From the NCBI RefSeq assembly GCF_006345805.1, contig NW_021836622.1:1-23288 (forward strand): 23,288 nt of DNA. The letters run 5' to 3'. Both the position numbers and the translations under genes were made by a program. This stretch comes from Octopus sinensis. Taxonomy: Eukaryota. Shown here in pieces: positions 20,841 to 23,288 of the stretch. The notes under the pieces are model-generated. The model was not told the DNA's origin. It saw only the letters and a list, made by a program, of their open reading frames with translations, and made no database searches. Within the stretch, counting starts at the first letter, position 1. Each line of letters starts with the position of its first letter.

Positions 20841-21016
20841 GTTTTAATTTCAATTATCCGCACCAACGCACGGTTGCAACGCCAGATGGTTGTACCTCCA
20901 ACCGTGCTGTTTACTGCTGTGATTTTTGCTACTAAGGTATCGGTTAAACTTTTGATTAATCTACTACAAGATTATTCATCTTTCTATTTCACATAATTAT
21001 ATATATATATATAATA

Positions 21017-21036
21017 TACTCTTTTACTCTTTTACT
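21017..21036 (-). repeat. (AAAGAGTA)n tail of family C
   Basis: Plus strand tactcttt-tactcttt-tact. Confidence 0.8.
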
Positions 21037-21091
21037 TGTTCAGCCATCCGGCTGAGGCCATGCGCGGGGCACCGCCTTGTTGCTACCCTCT

Positions 21092-23288
21092 CTAAGTCCA
21101 GTTTGCCGTGGCTGGCCACTGATCTAAGAGAGAGTTGTAGCTGCTGCCCTTAGGTTACTTCCTACCTTGCAGTGGGTTCATCTGGGATCCCGGAAAGCAG
21201 CTTGTCTAGATGTTTTTTGAAAATGTCCACATCCGCATCATGTAGTTTTCTTAGTTTTCTTGGCAGTTTGTTGAACAGCTGAGGGCCCCTGAACCCCAGG
21301 CTATTACAGTATCTGCTCCTTACCCAGTGACGTCCTGTACGGGGATTGGAACAGCTCTCAATTCCAAAATTTGGTGCTAGTCCCTCCAGGATTTTCCATA
21401 TGTATATCACTGCATATCTCTCTCGTCTTCGTTCCAAGGAGTACAAATTGAGTTCCCTAAGCCTCTCCCAATAGTTCTTTTCTTTCATGGTGGAAATCCT
21501 CTTGGTGAAATGTCTTTGGATTGTCTCAAGCTCTGTGGTTAGTTTGACACTATGCGGTGACCACAGTTGGGAGCAGTAGTCCAGGCGGCTTAGGACAAAT
21601 GTCCTCCATAGTCTCAGCATGGTCTCGCAGTCTCTTGTCCGGAATGTCCTCAGGATCCAGCCAGTGAGTCGTCTGCACATTGTCGCCACCTTCGCGATGT
21701 GTGAAGAAAAAGATGCATCGTCACTCATGTCTATCCCCAGGTCCCGTATTGATTTCGATACTGGGATTTCGATCCCTCCTGGACCAGTATAGTTGTGTTG
21801 TAATGTATATGTGTTTACAGCTTGATATTGTAAGGCTTGAAATTTACCAGCATTAAATTGCATGTTGTTGTCTTCAGCCCATTTGTATATGGCATCCAGA
21901 TCTTGTTGTAAAAGGTCAGCATCAGCTGGGTTTTTGATTGCCTGTGCTACCTTTGTGTCATCAGCATAGCTAGTGAGGGATGTTGTTTGTGCTACCAAGG
22001 GCATGTCAGAGAGCGCCACCAAAAACAGCGAGGGTCCCAAGACTGTGCCCTGTGGCACCCCGCTTGCTATTGGTGTCTTTCCCGAGAGGGCTCCATTGGC
22101 TGCAACCATCTGGCTTCTGTCCTTCAGGAAGTCATGTATCACTCACCTACTTTTCCTGTTATGCCGAGTCTGAGTAATTTGTGACATATCACTCCGTGGT
22201 CGACTTTGTCAAAGGCCTTCGCAAAGTCGAGATATACCACATCCACCTGTGAGCGATCCAGTAGTTGTTTCAGTACCCAGTCGTAGTGTTGTAACAGCTG
22301 CGTAAGGCAGCTTCTTCTGGGCGAAAGCCATGCTGTGCGTCAGTGAGACGGTTAGTTTCTTCGAGGAACGTGATCAGTTTTTTTCTGATGATTCGTTCCA
22401 TGACCTTACTTATGTGTGACATCAGGGAGACTGGCCTGTAGTTTTTGGCCTCTGCTCTACTCCCTCCTTTGTGGATAGGGCATATGGTGCCTTCTTTTAG
22501 CGCCCTGGGCAGTTTACGTTAGCCAAGGAACCACTGAAGAGCTTCTTCAGTGGTCCCGCTAGGGCATGCCTGCATGCTTTTAGGAGGACTGCTGGGAATC
22601 CATCTCGGTCCAGAGCTGAGTTTATTCTCATTTCTTCTATGGCAGATATTACATCCCTCTCTGTTATGTCTATGTGGTCGATGGTTGTTGTTTGGTTTTG
22701 GAGGTTGTGGCATCAAAGAAAACTTCTGGTTGTGATTTGCATGTGCCCCAGAGGGGATATGAACACACTTTTATACTGTTCCTTTAGTATTTCACTTATC
22801 CCTTGGGGGTCCTCAGTTAGAGAGCCCTTTTTATCAAAGAGTGGGCCAATCTTGCAGTGTACCGAGGTGGTTCTCTTTCGCAAATTTAAAGAAGGCTTTA
22901 GGGTTTGTTTTAATATTCTCTATGGCCCTGGCTTCTCTCTCTGCCTCTCCTTCATAGGAAAGTTTGAGTGCAGTTTCCGTTTCCAAAAGTTTCAGGTGGA
23001 GTCCCTCATTGTTTCTCTGCCGTGCATTCAGTGCTTCGAGAGCTTAGCTCTTCGCCTCATAAGTATTTTCTGTCTCTGGGAATAACGTTCCTATGCCCGC
23101 TGGCTTTTTTCTCCAGGACAAACTTATGGCATATGTTCTGTATTGTTGTCATGAAATGTTGGAAATGTGTGTTGGTGTCTTGTGTGGTGATAAAGTCACT
23201 CCAGTCATGTTTTCGGATCTCTTCGTTGATCTTCTTCCAGTTTGCCTTATGGAAGTTTAGACTGGATAGGCCTGTGGTATTTCTAATG
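21092..23288 (-). pseudogene. LINE ORF2 (linker + reverse transcriptase), frameshifted, incomplete in window
   Basis: GSRAEAKNYRPVSL, QHGF, YLDFAKAFDKVDH, SGVPQGTVLGP, YADDTK, SLERRRERY, IPDEP; the native stop is inferred near 21092. Confidence 0.88.

Larger units (their letters stand above)
21017..23288 (-). mobile_element. CR1-group LINE, family C (relative of family A; continues right of window)
   Basis: Minus-strand ORF2 from the post-EN linker (LNFHKANWKKINEE) through RT to the 3' UTR hairpin cagcc-ggat-ggctg and an (AAAGAGTA)n tail. Confidence 0.92.

Overview
Eukaryotic (metazoan) repeat-dense window with no recognisable host gene. It consists of retroelements embedded in interrupted (TA)n microsatellite. 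From recall only, the repeat style resembles cephalopod genomes (low confidence). Contents: (i) four CR1-group LINE copies from three related families: A twice on + (1-1260, 1431-2932), a near full-length B on + (~15783-20312) and C on - (21017 to the window end); (ii) two full-length, ~5.3-kb Tx1/L1-clade LINEs on - (3646-8962, 9334-14627). The main observation: both Tx1 copies sit, with the same 16-bp target-site duplication (cagtaggtgtcgcttc), at the same position of consecutive units of a ~355-nt non-coding tandem repeat. That repeat carries a minimal type I hammerhead ribozyme with a compensatory U3-A8 core and a palindromic ACGCGU stem III (retrozyme / Penelope pLTR-like), and it ends in a fold-back inversion. 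This suggests a site-specific LINE that targets a hammerhead retrozyme and may use its ribozyme to process its own RNA (inference). Almost all ORFs are frameshifted as assembled, mostly at homopolymers, so sequencing error cannot be separated from decay. All structures and alignments were derived by eye.
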